A stretch of DNA of 64,000 nt from contig CAXXSM010000036.1 of assembly GCA_963663405.2 (NCBI GenBank), forward strand, positions 62,148-126,147, given 5' to 3'. This stretch comes from a bacterium (GTDB lineage: Bacteria; Hinthialibacterota; Hinthialibacteria; Hinthialibacterales; Hinthialibacteraceae). Below the pieces are notes generated by a model, which did no database searches, was not told the origin of the DNA, and saw nothing but the letters and a program-made list of their open reading frames with translations. Positions within the stretch are counted from its first letter, which is position 1. Every line of letters begins with the position of its first letter. The position numbers and the translations under genes were made by a program. Below are positions 1-10,847 of the stretch, piece after piece.

Positions 1-740
1 ATATTATCAGACGAGCCGTTCTGATAGGCTAACCGAGTCAGATTTTCGGCGGCGGTTTGCAGATCCGGGGTGGCGGTTGTATATTTCCAAATCTCATAGG
101 GAGAGACTAAAAAATCAACAACACTGCCGGTTAAGCCATCGCTGCAAAAAAGAAAACACTCCCCTCCGAAAAGGGGAATCTCATTAATATCCGCTTTTAT
201 GTTCGATTCAGGGCCTAAACACTGCAGCAGAGCGGACGCCATGTAGTGTAATCCCGCGTCATCTCGAACTTGATCGAGTGTGTATAGGCCCCGGTCGATC
301 GCGTCCTGGATCGCAGTGTGATCACGTGTTCGCTGGATTGCGCCTTTTTCTTCAATCTGATACACCCGGCTATCGCCGATGTTTGCGATCCAGAGAGACT
401 GGTCTGTCACTATCCCCAACGCCAACGTGGTTCCCATTTCTTTGAGGTTTGGATCTTCGGCGCTTTTTTCTTTCATGTGGCGTTGGATCGTGTGGATCGT
501 ATCCCTTATCCAGGTTTCCACCTGGTTATTATCCGCAGGGGGTGTTTCAATCTGTTTCGTGATCACATCGATCGCGAGTTGGCTGGCGATCTGTCCACCC
601 GCGTGTCCTCCCATTCCATCACAGACCGCCACGAGACCCCGAATTCCTCCACGGGGCGTCTCATACATTTCGCAGATATAATTGTCTTGATTTTCGTCTC
701 TGCGTCCTGTTATGGTGGTTCCAACACATTCGATTTTCAT
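1..740 (-). CDS. PP2C-family Ser/Thr protein phosphatase (3' end runs off the window)
   Basis: Translated by hand from ATG at 740: GRRDENQD, VAVCDGMGGHAGGQIAS, MGTT, ANIGDSRVY, TRDH, FCSDGL, GSSDN. Absent from the ORF track because it is open at the edge. Confidence 0.93.
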   Translation of the reverse strand, partial: MKIECVGTTITGRRDENQDNYICEMYETPRGGIRGLVAVCDGMGGHAGGQIASQLAIDVITKQIETPPADNNQVETWIRDTIHTIQRHMKEKSAEDPNLKEMGTTLALGIVTDQSLWIANIGDSRVYQIEEKGAIQRTRDHTAIQDAIDRGLYTLDQVRDDAGLHYMASALLQCLGPESNIKADINEIPLFGGECFLFCSDGLTGSVVDFLVSPYEIWKYTTATPDLQTAAENLTRLAYQNGSSDN

Positions 741-749
741 CCCTTGATC

Positions 750-1748
750 CTATTTCTCATGGTAGATCAACGCGGCGTGTCCCATCTCGATCCGGTCTCC
801 ATCTTTCAACTCCCGGCATTCATTCGCCTCCATTCGTTCGTGGTTGAGAATGGTCGCGTTGCGGTCGGGATCGTATGGGTCGGGGATGTTTTCAAGGATA
901 TATTTACCATCAAAAAATTGCAGTTTAGCTTGGTGACTCGATACGGTGGGATCGTTCAATTGAATGTGCGATAAAGGAGGACCTGGCAGACGGCCTAGTG
1001 TATACTCCGGTGTCTGGTTGACCGATCCCTGGGGACGAATCAAACGGATTTCTTTTAGCTCAGAACCACCGGCCACTTCGAACCATCCCGGCAGGATTTT
1101 CACTGTACCCGCCTGGATCGCTTCTTCTTTCGCCACTGGAGCTGTGATTTTCTGGGTATGATCGGCGACTGTCACGACCGCCGTGCTGTCAAAATGGGGA
1201 AGCGGGGAGCCGGACCAGCCCCCCAGCAGTAATACGATTAATAAAATCAATACGACCACAACCGCTCCAATCAAGCCGATCAAGTACCAATTCGCGCCGG
1301 TTTCCTCTTCCTGTGGGGTGGATTCCTGCGTCGATTCTTCCGCTGGAACGATTGGCGCCGGCGCTGGAGTGGTTTCAACTACGGCGGGTTGCGGGGCCGG
1401 GGAAGCGTCCAGCGCCTCCCGTTTGTTTTCCATAATTAAATAGGAACTCGCCGCTTGCTCGAACGCCACGTATCCTTCAACCCGGTATCGTTTATTGAGT
1501 TCAGGATGGCGTTCGCTCTTTGAAATGATGATGATCTTATCCCCCCAATTATCCTTGAGTTCATAGGCGATCGTGTTTTCGGCTTTTCCCTTATCCCATC
1601 GCTCGATTAATCCTTCCACCGTCACGTAAGCGTTCACCAATTGGCCGTCATTGATCTGTTTGACGATCCGTTCATTTTCTTCGCAGTGGATGGGATTAAT
1701 CAGAAATATAACAAGAAATAGAAAAAAAACAGACAAAAAACCTCTCAT
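750..1748 (-). CDS. Single-pass membrane protein with signal peptide, OB-fold-like ectodomain, Pro/Glu linker and C-terminal FHA domain
   Basis: FHA motifs TLGR, DPTVSSHQA, RNATILN, ELKDGDRIEMG; TM segment WYLIGLIGAVVVVLILLIVLLLGGW; directly upstream of the PP2C gene. Confidence 0.85.
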   Translation of the reverse strand: MRGFLSVFFLFLVIFLINPIHCEENERIVKQINDGQLVNAYVTVEGLIERWDKGKAENTIAYELKDNWGDKIIIISKSERHPELNKRYRVEGYVAFEQAASSYLIMENKREALDASPAPQPAVVETTPAPAPIVPAEESTQESTPQEEETGANWYLIGLIGAVVVVLILLIVLLLGGWSGSPLPHFDSTAVVTVADHTQKITAPVAKEEAIQAGTVKILPGWFEVAGGSELKEIRLIRPQGSVNQTPEYTLGRLPGPPLSHIQLNDPTVSSHQAKLQFFDGKYILENIPDPYDPDRNATILNHERMEANECRELKDGDRIEMGHAALIYHEK

Positions 1749-1916
1749 GAATCTCTCCTTTATTTTGTAAAAATCGCTCGAACGCTACGTCCCATTTTTC
1801 GCGCTGTTTATAAATAACAATACTTGCGCCGCCGTGTTTTTAAAATCCCTGCATGATTCCATGTTTTTACTATGCTTTGAGATTAAATTCTGGTTAAAAA
1901 GAAAGATCCTAAGCGC

Positions 1917-4160
1917 TCATTCCAGTGTATAGCCGATCCGCAGTGTTCCCAGCCATTGTTTTTCCTGGTAGACAGCCGTTGTCATTTCATGGATTGTCTT
2001 TTCGTTCCAGGTATGGGTTTCGTAAAGAAAGTATGGATTCTGGTTGGCTTTGGTATTGTTGAGAATTACGTCAGGAATGCTGGGCGGTTCGGTGTGAAGG
2101 ATTTCGATTGCCCCGTCTTGTTTTTTTCTTCCCGCCACGATTATATACTCCGGCTCCGCCAGCCACGCGCGGGCGTTGAGAGTGGCTTTTACCCAATTGT
2201 CCCATGTCAGTGATTGCGCTTTAAAAACCCGCCCGAGTGTTTTAGTCATTTGTGATCCGCATGTATACGCTAAATGCGTTTTCAGCGCCAACCAAGTTTT
2301 TTCATTCATCGGCTCGCTTTGGATCTGCCTTACCATGGATTGTTCTTCCAGCGCCCGGAGCCGGTTGTCGTAACAGAACACAACTGCGCCTTTCGCTTCG
2401 CCTTTTCTTGCAGGAACGATGATCGCCGCCACCCGGAAACGTTCTTCTTCCCAATCCACCCAAATTGGATTATTGATCCGTGAGAGATCCAGATGACGCA
2501 TGGAAGGATATAAAACGCGCAGGTTTTTCCCCTCAAGTTCCGGAGCCGTTGAAAAAACAATCACACCGGCGCTGTCAATAAAACCGATCCAGCGCACGTC
2601 TTCCATGTCTTGGTATTCTTTTGTTATTTCCTCAAATTCACTACGCTTTTTCACACTGGGCAGAACGGAAGCGAGGGAGCGCGCTGCGATTCCATGCCAA
2701 TAGCCTTTCCAGAACAGGGGAAGATGCAGCCATAAAGAATTGTTCCACGGTGGAATCCGCAGACGGTTGTAGAGGATCGATTCCGCAGACGAGAATTGAA
2801 ATTCTCCGCTATACGCTCTTGCTTGAATTCCCAGCAGTTCATCATCTCCCTCCGCTCTCGCGCCGTGAGTGTATAACCATTTCGCTGATAACCTTGCCCC
2901 GGCGTAATCAAAGATCGCCAATTGGCAATTCAGTATCTTTTCATAAACCGCTTCGGAGGGTTGGATTTTGATAGCCTGTTCATAATACTGAATTGCTTCG
3001 TAAGGCTTTTCTTTATCCATCAACAAGTCTGCCAGACGCTCATAATACTTAGGCGATCTTTTTTTCCCCGTATCGCTTTCTCTCAGAATTTCTTGCAGCC
3101 GGTCTAGAATTTGTATACTTCTGGATACATCAATGTCTAAGTATGTGCCCTGCGCCCATTCTCGCATGGATTCCAAAAAAGGCGTTAAATTCGTTATAGA
3201 ATAACGTGTCAGGAGCGTGTTCATTACAGCGTCCACATCCCCTGTTTCTTCTATTGTCCCAAGAGCCGCCGCCCATTCCCGTTCTCTCCATTTTTGTAAA
3301 ACATCGTCAACCGGTGTGGCGGTTATGTCATGGTGGAATTCATACGGGGGGGATTGGATTGTGATCTGATACGTCCGTTCTTTGGAGCCGGGATTCCAGT
3401 CCCGATCCACAAATGTCAAATGGTAGAGATTCTCTTCCGGGGATTCGTTTTTTTTGAGTGAAACAATCCCGTTCACCGCTTGGGGCGTATCGGGGAAATA
3501 GCGTTCGAGAGGCATGGACGCGCCTTCGCTCCATGTGGCGTTTTCAATGGTTGAAGAAGGAAACGCGATCGTAATGTCTGTTTCTTTTAGGTTGGTGATG
3601 GGTTTCTTGTTTTTTCCGGATAGACGGAATTGAATGGAGAGGATAGGAAAGTTCTCGCCGCTTTCTTCTGTTACGATTATTGTTTCTGGAACATCCGGTG
3701 TTTTTATCGTCTCGGCCGCAGTAAGCTTCGGGGTTTGTTTCTCGGTGGTCTCGGCAGAACCGGGTGTGTCTATTTCCTGTTTTTCTGGTTCTATTTGACT
3801 CGATTGTTCCGGTATCTCTTCCTCCGGCGCTGTGGATGTGTCAAAAGTGGGGGGAACTTCTCCATCTGTAAATTCGAACGTCATAGTGGAACTGGCAATC
3901 TGTTCCCGTTGCGCTTCAGGTTGTTTAAGTGAGTAGGGGATCTCATCATCTGTGTTCATAATTAATCCGGTTGGTTCAAGAATTACCCCGGCGCCTTCCG
4001 AAGCTGTATCGATGGGCGCTTTTGGAGAATTCGTTTGACAGGAAATCGAAAGAAAGGCGCTGATACAAACGCAAGCAACAAATAGATTTCGTTTTCGATT
4101 ATACCTTATTTTATTCTCTTTCATCCTTTGCCTTATCCTTAGTCCGGTTCTATTTTTCAT
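1917..4160 (-). CDS. Putative lipoprotein with TPR region
   Basis: Lipobox-like FLSISC, acidic Pro/Thr linker, TPR-like YYERLADLLMDKEKPYEAIQYYEQAIKIQP. Confidence 0.7.
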   Translation of the reverse strand: MKNRTGLRIRQRMKENKIRYNRKRNLFVACVCISAFLSISCQTNSPKAPIDTASEGAGVILEPTGLIMNTDDEIPYSLKQPEAQREQIASSTMTFEFTDGEVPPTFDTSTAPEEEIPEQSSQIEPEKQEIDTPGSAETTEKQTPKLTAAETIKTPDVPETIIVTEESGENFPILSIQFRLSGKNKKPITNLKETDITIAFPSSTIENATWSEGASMPLERYFPDTPQAVNGIVSLKKNESPEENLYHLTFVDRDWNPGSKERTYQITIQSPPYEFHHDITATPVDDVLQKWREREWAAALGTIEETGDVDAVMNTLLTRYSITNLTPFLESMREWAQGTYLDIDVSRSIQILDRLQEILRESDTGKKRSPKYYERLADLLMDKEKPYEAIQYYEQAIKIQPSEAVYEKILNCQLAIFDYAGARLSAKWLYTHGARAEGDDELLGIQARAYSGEFQFSSAESILYNRLRIPPWNNSLWLHLPLFWKGYWHGIAARSLASVLPSVKKRSEFEEITKEYQDMEDVRWIGFIDSAGVIVFSTAPELEGKNLRVLYPSMRHLDLSRINNPIWVDWEEERFRVAAIIVPARKGEAKGAVVFCYDNRLRALEEQSMVRQIQSEPMNEKTWLALKTHLAYTCGSQMTKTLGRVFKAQSLTWDNWVKATLNARAWLAEPEYIIVAGRKKQDGAIEILHTEPPSIPDVILNNTKANQNPYFLYETHTWNEKTIHEMTTAVYQEKQWLGTLRIGYTLE

Positions 4161-4455
4161 GTTTAATATTGGTATAGAGTCCCCGGTCGACGGCTCTCGC
4201 CAAGTCTCTTAAGGAATTAGAGAGTTCTCTTGGAGAGATGCGTCCTTTGACTTTTACCACAATCGGCCAGGCGCTATCGGCGTAATCTTCTCCAACCGAA
4301 AGGCAGAGAGCCGTTTCTCCCTCAATTTTCATTTTCGAAGGTCCTCGTGAGAGCGCCCGTGGCACAGCGTCTTCTTTCGGCGCTGCGACATAAATCATAA
4401 CAAGTGGTCCCGCTCCTGGTTCTGTGCGCTTTGTCTTCGATTCTTTTGATTTCAT
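4150..4455 (-). CDS. Hypothetical protein
   Basis: 101-aa ORF overlapping the start of the next gene; no motif recognised. Confidence 0.5.
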   Translation of the reverse strand: MKSKESKTKRTEPGAGPLVMIYVAAPKEDAVPRALSRGPSKMKIEGETALCLSVGEDYADSAWPIVVKVKGRISPRELSNSLRDLARAVDRGLYTNIKHEK

Positions 4456-4868
4456 TAATTTACCCTGTTTTTACATTCAAGCCCTTTCCATCCTACAGAA
4501 TGGGGGATTGAAAAAAATCTGTTGATTTATGTTCCTCGATGGAACAGGAACAACCATAACATGACGATTCGGCTGCAATTGAGGTCACTATTGATGGCTA
4601 ACACGAAAGCCTTTTTAGGAATTCTTTTAAAAACATGAAAAACCGCCATTAATAAACCTGAATTACCGCCAATATATTATAGTATATAATATTCTTTCCT
4701 TTGAAATATTTTCCCATTTTTAGGCGTATCTTTTATCAACGATACCATCATGAATGAGATCGCAACTTGCAAATGCTAATGAGTTGTGATAGTGAATTCG
4801 TATGCGATAGTTTTGGAAACTCATTTTCATCATAAATCTTATCCCAAAAAAGATCGAGGAATTTTACA

Positions 4869-5825
4869 GTGAGCCAACATATGTACGATGAATTTAACAG
4901 ACAATTAATAGAAATTGAAGAACGGCGGCGGCAGAAGAAAAAAATCGGCGAACGCTTAAAACAGGCGCAAATCCAGCTGAACTCGGAACAGGACCGCCTT
5001 TCGGCGCTGCAGGAGCGGTTGGATAAAGAGGAAGGCGATGTGAAAAAACTGGAAGGAATGAGCCTCGCCTCGATGTTCTATTCTGTGTTGGGTGGGAAAG
5101 ACGAGAAACTGAAGAAAGAACGGCAGGAATTTCTCGCGGCCAAGCTTCAATATGATGAATGCGCCGAATCGGTTCAGGCCCTGCAGGATGAGACGGAGGC
5201 GCTTACAAATCAGTGGAACGGCTTCAGCAATCTGGAATCAGAATATCAATTGATCCTCAATCAGAAAGAACAAGTCCTGTCACAATCAAACAGCGGCAGC
5301 GCGCGGCGCTTGGTTGCTTTGACGGAAGAATTCGCGGATATACGGTCGGATGCGCGCGAAATCAAGGAAGCGATCCAAGCGGGAAACGCCGCCCTGCGGT
5401 CGCTCAATCAAGTCGTGAATTCGTTGAACAGCGCCCGGAATTGGGGAATCGGCGATATGATCGGCGGAGGCTTGATCGTGACGGCGATCAAACATTCCAA
5501 AATCGATTCCGCCCGGTCGGAAGCCAATCAGGCTCAACGGCTCCTGCGAAATTTTCAACGTGAGCTCGCCGATGTGCAGGATGAACCGCATTCCAACCTA
5601 ACCGTTGAAATCGGCGGTTTTACGAAATTCGCGGATTATTTCTTTGATGGATTGATCTTTGATTGGATGGTTCAATCCCGCATTAACCGCTCCCGCCAAG
5701 AAGCGGAAAAAGTGTTATCAAAGTTGGAGCAAACAATCCAGCGGCTGCGAGCCCGTGAAACACAGATCAATCAACGTGTTGATGAATTGGATCGAACCCG
5801 GACAACGCTGATCAAAAACGCATAG
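4869..5825 (+). CDS. Coiled-coil hypothetical protein
   Basis: GAGGA RBS before GTG; long heptad-rich helices with glycine-rich GDMIGGGL and FADYFFDGL segments. Confidence 0.75.
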   Translation: MSQHMYDEFNRQLIEIEERRRQKKKIGERLKQAQIQLNSEQDRLSALQERLDKEEGDVKKLEGMSLASMFYSVLGGKDEKLKKERQEFLAAKLQYDECAESVQALQDETEALTNQWNGFSNLESEYQLILNQKEQVLSQSNSGSARRLVALTEEFADIRSDAREIKEAIQAGNAALRSLNQVVNSLNSARNWGIGDMIGGGLIVTAIKHSKIDSARSEANQAQRLLRNFQRELADVQDEPHSNLTVEIGGFTKFADYFFDGLIFDWMVQSRINRSRQEAEKVLSKLEQTIQRLRARETQINQRVDELDRTRTTLIKNA

Positions 5826-6109
5826 GTGTTTCATCTACAATTTGATTCGAAAATCGAACATTCGAATCCTTCCACTGTCTTTGATATCTGACCGGCTCCA
5901 GTTCCTCCACTAATACTGACAAACAATTCCAATCCCATGCCTGATCCTTGAATCAAGATAATTTCCTCGTATTTCGATTTATGTGAAATAATAAAAATAC
6001 CTGCTTTGTACTCATTCTACTCGTGTCTGCGTAGTATATAGTAAGAACTATAGTTCCCACGAAACCAACTTAGATATCGTATCCATTCAGGATAGCTCAA
6101 TATGCTATT

Positions 6110-7894
6110 ATGGAGGTATATTGTCATGTGCCAGCGTTTGTTCAATGCAGTTTCCATCTTTTATTTTGCTTGTGTGATGTCTTGTGTTTTTGGACGATGC
6201 GAATCACATATCCAAAAGGATTTGTCGCCGTGGCGAATGGGGATCTGCTGAACCGGGAAGAGAAAAACGATTGGATTCGAGACGAATGGAAATCCCTATC
6301 TATATCGCCGGGCATGCCCTATCTTTTCGCCGGGCCGTACAAAACCGCGAAATGGACGGATAATGGGATGACCTTCGAGATCTACATCGCGGATGAAAAT
6401 CGCTTAAAAATGACAGTCGATCAGTTCGAGATCTACGCCCGCATTTTCCAATACGGTTCGGAGTTATATGGAGAACCAGCGCGCCCGGTTTACCGTTTAG
6501 TGGGCAGCGCCGTCGCCGGAGTGGCGAATTCAATCACCAATGGGCATATCATTGAAATGTATCGATTGGAGGATATACGTGTGAACGCGCATGAGATGGC
6601 GCATACCTGGTGGGGTGGCTTAGTATCGACCTATGGAGAGGGCGGCGAATTTCTCAGCGAAGCCCTGGCGGAATTCACAGCCCGATGGATATTGAATGTG
6701 ATGGAAAAAGATCAGGATTATTATAATATTCTGGATGGAACAATTATTGGTTGGAAGCAAAGACGATATTGCGCTTATCTTCCTGCGGACAACTATGATC
6801 CCCATAATTTTTCCCGCTTGATCGTCCCAGCAAATACCAATTTTAGACAGGCTTCAGTAAGACATTGGGGCGTTCTGGTGGTGAACCAGATCCGTCAGGT
6901 TCTTGGAGATGATGTCTTCTTCCGATGTATGAGAACGTTCGTGGATACCTTCAGGGGACGTCAGGCCTGTATCGAGGATTTCTTCCACACAATTAAAACG
7001 GTCTCTGGAACAGATTGGACTCCATTGCTGAAAGGAATGTTGTATACATCGGGATTCGCCAGTTACCGGGTAACTGGATTGGAATCCAATAAACACAGTG
7101 ATGGCTATCGAACAACAGTACGGATCGTGAATAAGGGAGAAATTGGATTGCCCTGCCCCATGCTGCTAAAAACGGTTGGAGGAGAGAATCGAAAGACGAT
7201 CGCCGTGGAAGCTGGGCAGGAGATGGAATTCACCTATACGACATCGCATCGGGTCCTCGATGCTATCATTGATCCGGAGATGACGACGGTTCTGCAATAC
7301 CACCCGGTTCAGAAACTGTGTCTCTATAAAAAAATGCTGGAGACGATGGATGGCTATGGCAACAACGAGGCGTACGGGGCGTCATATTTACACTATGCGC
7401 AAGGCGCCTTTGACAAGGCCGTGGAACCCGTCACAGATTATTTGAACGATCGAATGAAAGATAATCATGTCAACAGTATCGAAGAATACGTGAAGAATCA
7501 TGGTTGCAATGAGTATGTTTTCATGCGTGGAATCTTCCACCTGGCGGCAGGCGATTCCGAACAGGCGGAAAAGGATATCAAAATCGCTTTCCCGCAGATG
7601 CTGGACGCGCTGGAACATGACGGAGCCGTAAGCGCGCCCAATCACTACTATCAAACCGGTACGATTCAAAAGAAGGACTTAAATGAATATCTGAGCCTGC
7701 TGGGATTGATCGCTGGACGCGAATTTTCCTTTGATGAGGGGATGAAGGATGAAGCAAAAATCGAGAAAATCAAGGAATGGAAAGAATGGTGGGAACAAAA
7801 AGGCAAGCAGAGAAAACTCGATTTGAAACCAATCCACAAACGATTTGAAGCCCAGCGTTTGGCGTTCCGCAATAGCGTGAACCTGACCGATTGA
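6110..7894 (+). CDS. M1-family (gluzincin) aminopeptidase-like protein, probably 5'-truncated
   Basis: AHEMAHTWWG followed by LSEALAEF (HExxH...E). No signal peptide, and the N-terminal domain appears to be missing before MRITYPKGF. Confidence 0.75.
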   Translation: MEVYCHVPAFVQCSFHLLFCLCDVLCFWTMRITYPKGFVAVANGDLLNREEKNDWIRDEWKSLSISPGMPYLFAGPYKTAKWTDNGMTFEIYIADENRLKMTVDQFEIYARIFQYGSELYGEPARPVYRLVGSAVAGVANSITNGHIIEMYRLEDIRVNAHEMAHTWWGGLVSTYGEGGEFLSEALAEFTARWILNVMEKDQDYYNILDGTIIGWKQRRYCAYLPADNYDPHNFSRLIVPANTNFRQASVRHWGVLVVNQIRQVLGDDVFFRCMRTFVDTFRGRQACIEDFFHTIKTVSGTDWTPLLKGMLYTSGFASYRVTGLESNKHSDGYRTTVRIVNKGEIGLPCPMLLKTVGGENRKTIAVEAGQEMEFTYTTSHRVLDAIIDPEMTTVLQYHPVQKLCLYKKMLETMDGYGNNEAYGASYLHYAQGAFDKAVEPVTDYLNDRMKDNHVNSIEEYVKNHGCNEYVFMRGIFHLAAGDSEQAEKDIKIAFPQMLDALEHDGAVSAPNHYYQTGTIQKKDLNEYLSLLGLIAGREFSFDEGMKDEAKIEKIKEWKEWWEQKGKQRKLDLKPIHKRFEAQRLAFRNSVNLTD

Positions 7895-8110
7895 AAAACG
7901 CTAAATGAATGCGGAAGGAATAAAACTAGCTTATTCATTCTGAATAATAGTGAGAGAATATAAGTATCTTACTTAACATATCCTGCTGAATATCTCCTGT
8001 GAATCCAAAAATCCTCAATCAGCCCATATGAGTTGAATCGCAACACTTTCCTGCCATCCCCAACCTATGGTACCATTCCAGAATAATAAAAAACAAGGAA
8101 TGAATAATCA

Positions 8111-9052
8111 ATGAGTGAAAAGTTAATCCTTTCGTATGGGGAGACCTTGTGGGATTTGTTGCCCGCTGGGCCGGAACTGGGAGGCGCGCCATTTAACTTC
8201 GCCTACCGCGCGCGGTCGTTGGGGGATAGGGGGATCATTATCACCCGCTTGAATCAAGACACATTAGGCCGTGACGCTTACGAGCGCATGTTGAATCTGG
8301 GGATGGAGACCACCTTCGTCCAATGGGATGAATCAGCGCCCACGGGAACCGTTGAGATTGCCCTCGACGAAAATGGAGAGCCGGATTATTACATCGTGCC
8401 CAATGTCGCGTACGACAACATTGAATTGAATGAGCCGTTGCTCTTGATCGCTTCCCAAGCGGATTGCCTCTGCTTTGGCACACTCGTTCAACGCGCCGCC
8501 ACATCTCGAAAAACGCTAATGCGCGTACTTGATGAGTGCGGAGAGTGTTTAAAGGTTCTCGATATCAACCTGCGAAAGAATTGTTATACTAAAGAAACAA
8601 TCTCCGAATCGTTGGAACGGGCGGATATCTTAAAATTGAACGAACAAGAAGCTCCGTTTACCGCTGAACTCTTCGGTTTTTCCTCAGATTCTATTCCTGC
8701 ATTCTGTGCGGCCGCGATTGAGAAATGGTCTCTTTCACACTGCATGGTCACACTGGGTGAAAAAGGCGCTTTCGCCGCGTCCGCAGACGGAACGCAAGTG
8801 TACGATCCTGGCTATGCGGTTGGATTAACGGATCCTTGTGGATCGGGTGACGCGTTCACAGCAGGTTTCATTTATCGTTTGCTCCGGGAACATCCCCTTC
8901 ATGAATGTTGCGCGCTCGGAAACGCCTTGGGCGCGATGGTGGCTACACATTCCGGCGCTACAACTCCCATTGAACAAGCGGAAATCGACCATTTTTTAAA
9001 GAGTGACCGCAAACGGATTGTTGAATCTTCTCTGGAAAAATATCGAGTTTAG
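8111..9052 (+). CDS. PfkB-family carbohydrate kinase (fructokinase-like)
   Basis: GETLWD, GGAPFNFA, DINLR, LKLNEQE, VTLGEKGA, DPCGSGDAF. Confidence 0.93.
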   Translation: MSEKLILSYGETLWDLLPAGPELGGAPFNFAYRARSLGDRGIIITRLNQDTLGRDAYERMLNLGMETTFVQWDESAPTGTVEIALDENGEPDYYIVPNVAYDNIELNEPLLLIASQADCLCFGTLVQRAATSRKTLMRVLDECGECLKVLDINLRKNCYTKETISESLERADILKLNEQEAPFTAELFGFSSDSIPAFCAAAIEKWSLSHCMVTLGEKGAFAASADGTQVYDPGYAVGLTDPCGSGDAFTAGFIYRLLREHPLHECCALGNALGAMVATHSGATTPIEQAEIDHFLKSDRKRIVESSLEKYRV

Positions 9053-9080
9053 GAGTAAGAAAGTTTTTCCGGTTATAACT

Positions 9081-9401
9081 ATGACGAAAACGGCGTTGAC
9101 AGATCCCAGCCACTGGGTTGAACGATATGGAGATTCTCTGTATCGTTACGCGCTCCTGCGGCTGCAGAGCAGGGAACTGGCGGAGGATTTGATCCAGGAA
9201 ACATTCGCCGCGGCGTTGCGGAACCGTTCTTCTTTTTCCGGTCATTCGTCAGAACGCACATGGTTGATCGGGATTTTAAAGCATAAAATAGTGGATTACC
9301 TGCGCGCGAAATATCGCGAACAATCAAATGTGGCTTTGTCCGTTGAAATGGATCGTCTTCGTACCCGACCTTTTACTATAACGCCGCTGGCGAGACCATA
9401 A
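9081..9401 (+). pseudogene. Truncated ECF sigma factor (region 2 only)
   Basis: LYRYALLRL...AEDLIQETF...SERTWLIGILKHKIVDYLR, then unrelated sequence and a stop; no region 4. Confidence 0.8.
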
Positions 9402-9510
9402 GTTCTTCTCTTTACATTGGATTATAGACATGCTATACAAAAAGCCTGTATGGATGTTTAATCTGATCTCAAATCGGATATTGATAAGATTGTAATGTAA
9501 GGAGATTAAA

Positions 9511-10773
9511 ATGATTTGTGTATGGTTGAAAGACAAAATGAATTCTGTTTCGTCTATTCTATTTATCTCTTTATTTACTGTGGTTTCAGCGAATGCTGAT
9601 GTCTCACGTTGGACCCATTTCACAATTGACAATCCTTTACCCGCCAAAGAGTGGGGAACCGGTGGGCCTACTATTGCGGATTATGATGGCGACGGTGATT
9701 TAGACCTTGCGCTATCCAGGCGTAGAGCCCAAACCGCCTTTTGGTATGAGTATGTGGAAGACGCGAAGTGGATTCTGCATATTATGGGATCTTCCGAACA
9801 CCTTGCCAAGACATTGGGATCAGCGGCGCTTGATATCAACCATGACGGTCATTTGGATGTCGCATTTAGTCATATCTGGTTTGAAAATCCCGGAAATTTA
9901 GCCGAAAATCCAAACGCTCCCTGGCCCGCGCATGAATACGATGGCGGTGGACATGATGTTGTCGCGGCGGATATCAACAACGATGGCAAGGAAGATCTGG
10001 TGGCGGACCTGGGATGCGCGTGGTTCGATTCTGTGAAGAACCTTGAAAAAGTGACTATCTGTGGTCCATTGGATATTCATGGCGGAACGGCGCCCAACGG
10101 TGTGGGCGATTTAGATGGAGATGGCGATATCGATGTCGTCACGCCGGGCCTTTGGTTTGAAAATCCAGGAAACGGGCGTGGAACATGGCGCGAACACAAA
10201 TGGCCCCATACACCGATCCCAAACGCGTCGTATGGAACGAGTATCCGTTCATGGGTCGTGGATCTGAATGGGGACGGGTGGAATGATATTGTTTACAGCG
10301 ATTGTGACACAGGATGGTCCCATGTCTATTGGGTGGAAAATACCGGCGAAGGCGCTGGGTGGAAACTGCATCCGCTTGCTGATCCTCCCACCGCTCCAGG
10401 TGACGTGCCCGAAACGGGATCGTTTCATTCCTTATGCGTCGCGGACTTCGACTTGGACGGCGATTTGGATATCTTCGCCGGTGAACAAGAAGATCCAGAC
10501 ACATACATGAAAAGCAGTGGGAAACTGGCGATGAAACCGGTTGGTTTAAAAGAACGAGGCGTCATCTGGGAACATACTGGCTCAAAAACACAGCCTACGT
10601 TTACACCCGTCGTCATCCATACTGACAATCCCGGTTGGCATGACGCCCAAGTTGGGGATGTGGACGGCGATGGGGATATGGATATTGTGACTAAAATCTG
10701 GAATCGGGATGGGTTAACTTATCACGCAGATTTTTGGCGGAATGACAGTATTATCAAACCGAAAAATAAATGA
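9511..10773 (+). CDS. Secreted FG-GAP/VCBS repeat protein
   Basis: Repeated DxDGDGDxD motifs (DYDGDGDLD, DINHDGHLD, DLDGDGDID, DVDGDGDMD) and WFENPG; signal peptide. Confidence 0.9.
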   Translation: MICVWLKDKMNSVSSILFISLFTVVSANADVSRWTHFTIDNPLPAKEWGTGGPTIADYDGDGDLDLALSRRRAQTAFWYEYVEDAKWILHIMGSSEHLAKTLGSAALDINHDGHLDVAFSHIWFENPGNLAENPNAPWPAHEYDGGGHDVVAADINNDGKEDLVADLGCAWFDSVKNLEKVTICGPLDIHGGTAPNGVGDLDGDGDIDVVTPGLWFENPGNGRGTWREHKWPHTPIPNASYGTSIRSWVVDLNGDGWNDIVYSDCDTGWSHVYWVENTGEGAGWKLHPLADPPTAPGDVPETGSFHSLCVADFDLDGDLDIFAGEQEDPDTYMKSSGKLAMKPVGLKERGVIWEHTGSKTQPTFTPVVIHTDNPGWHDAQVGDVDGDGDMDIVTKIWNRDGLTYHADFWRNDSIIKPKNK

Positions 10774-10847
10774 TAGTTTAATATGAAGCATTTTTGAGAG
10801 TAAATGCCATACTGAAAACGGATATCAGATATTCAAAAGGGAATCCA

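Noticed and set aside
318-974. 218-aa plus-strand ORF
   Set aside because: Antisense shadow of the PP2C and FHA genes, which carry clear motifs.
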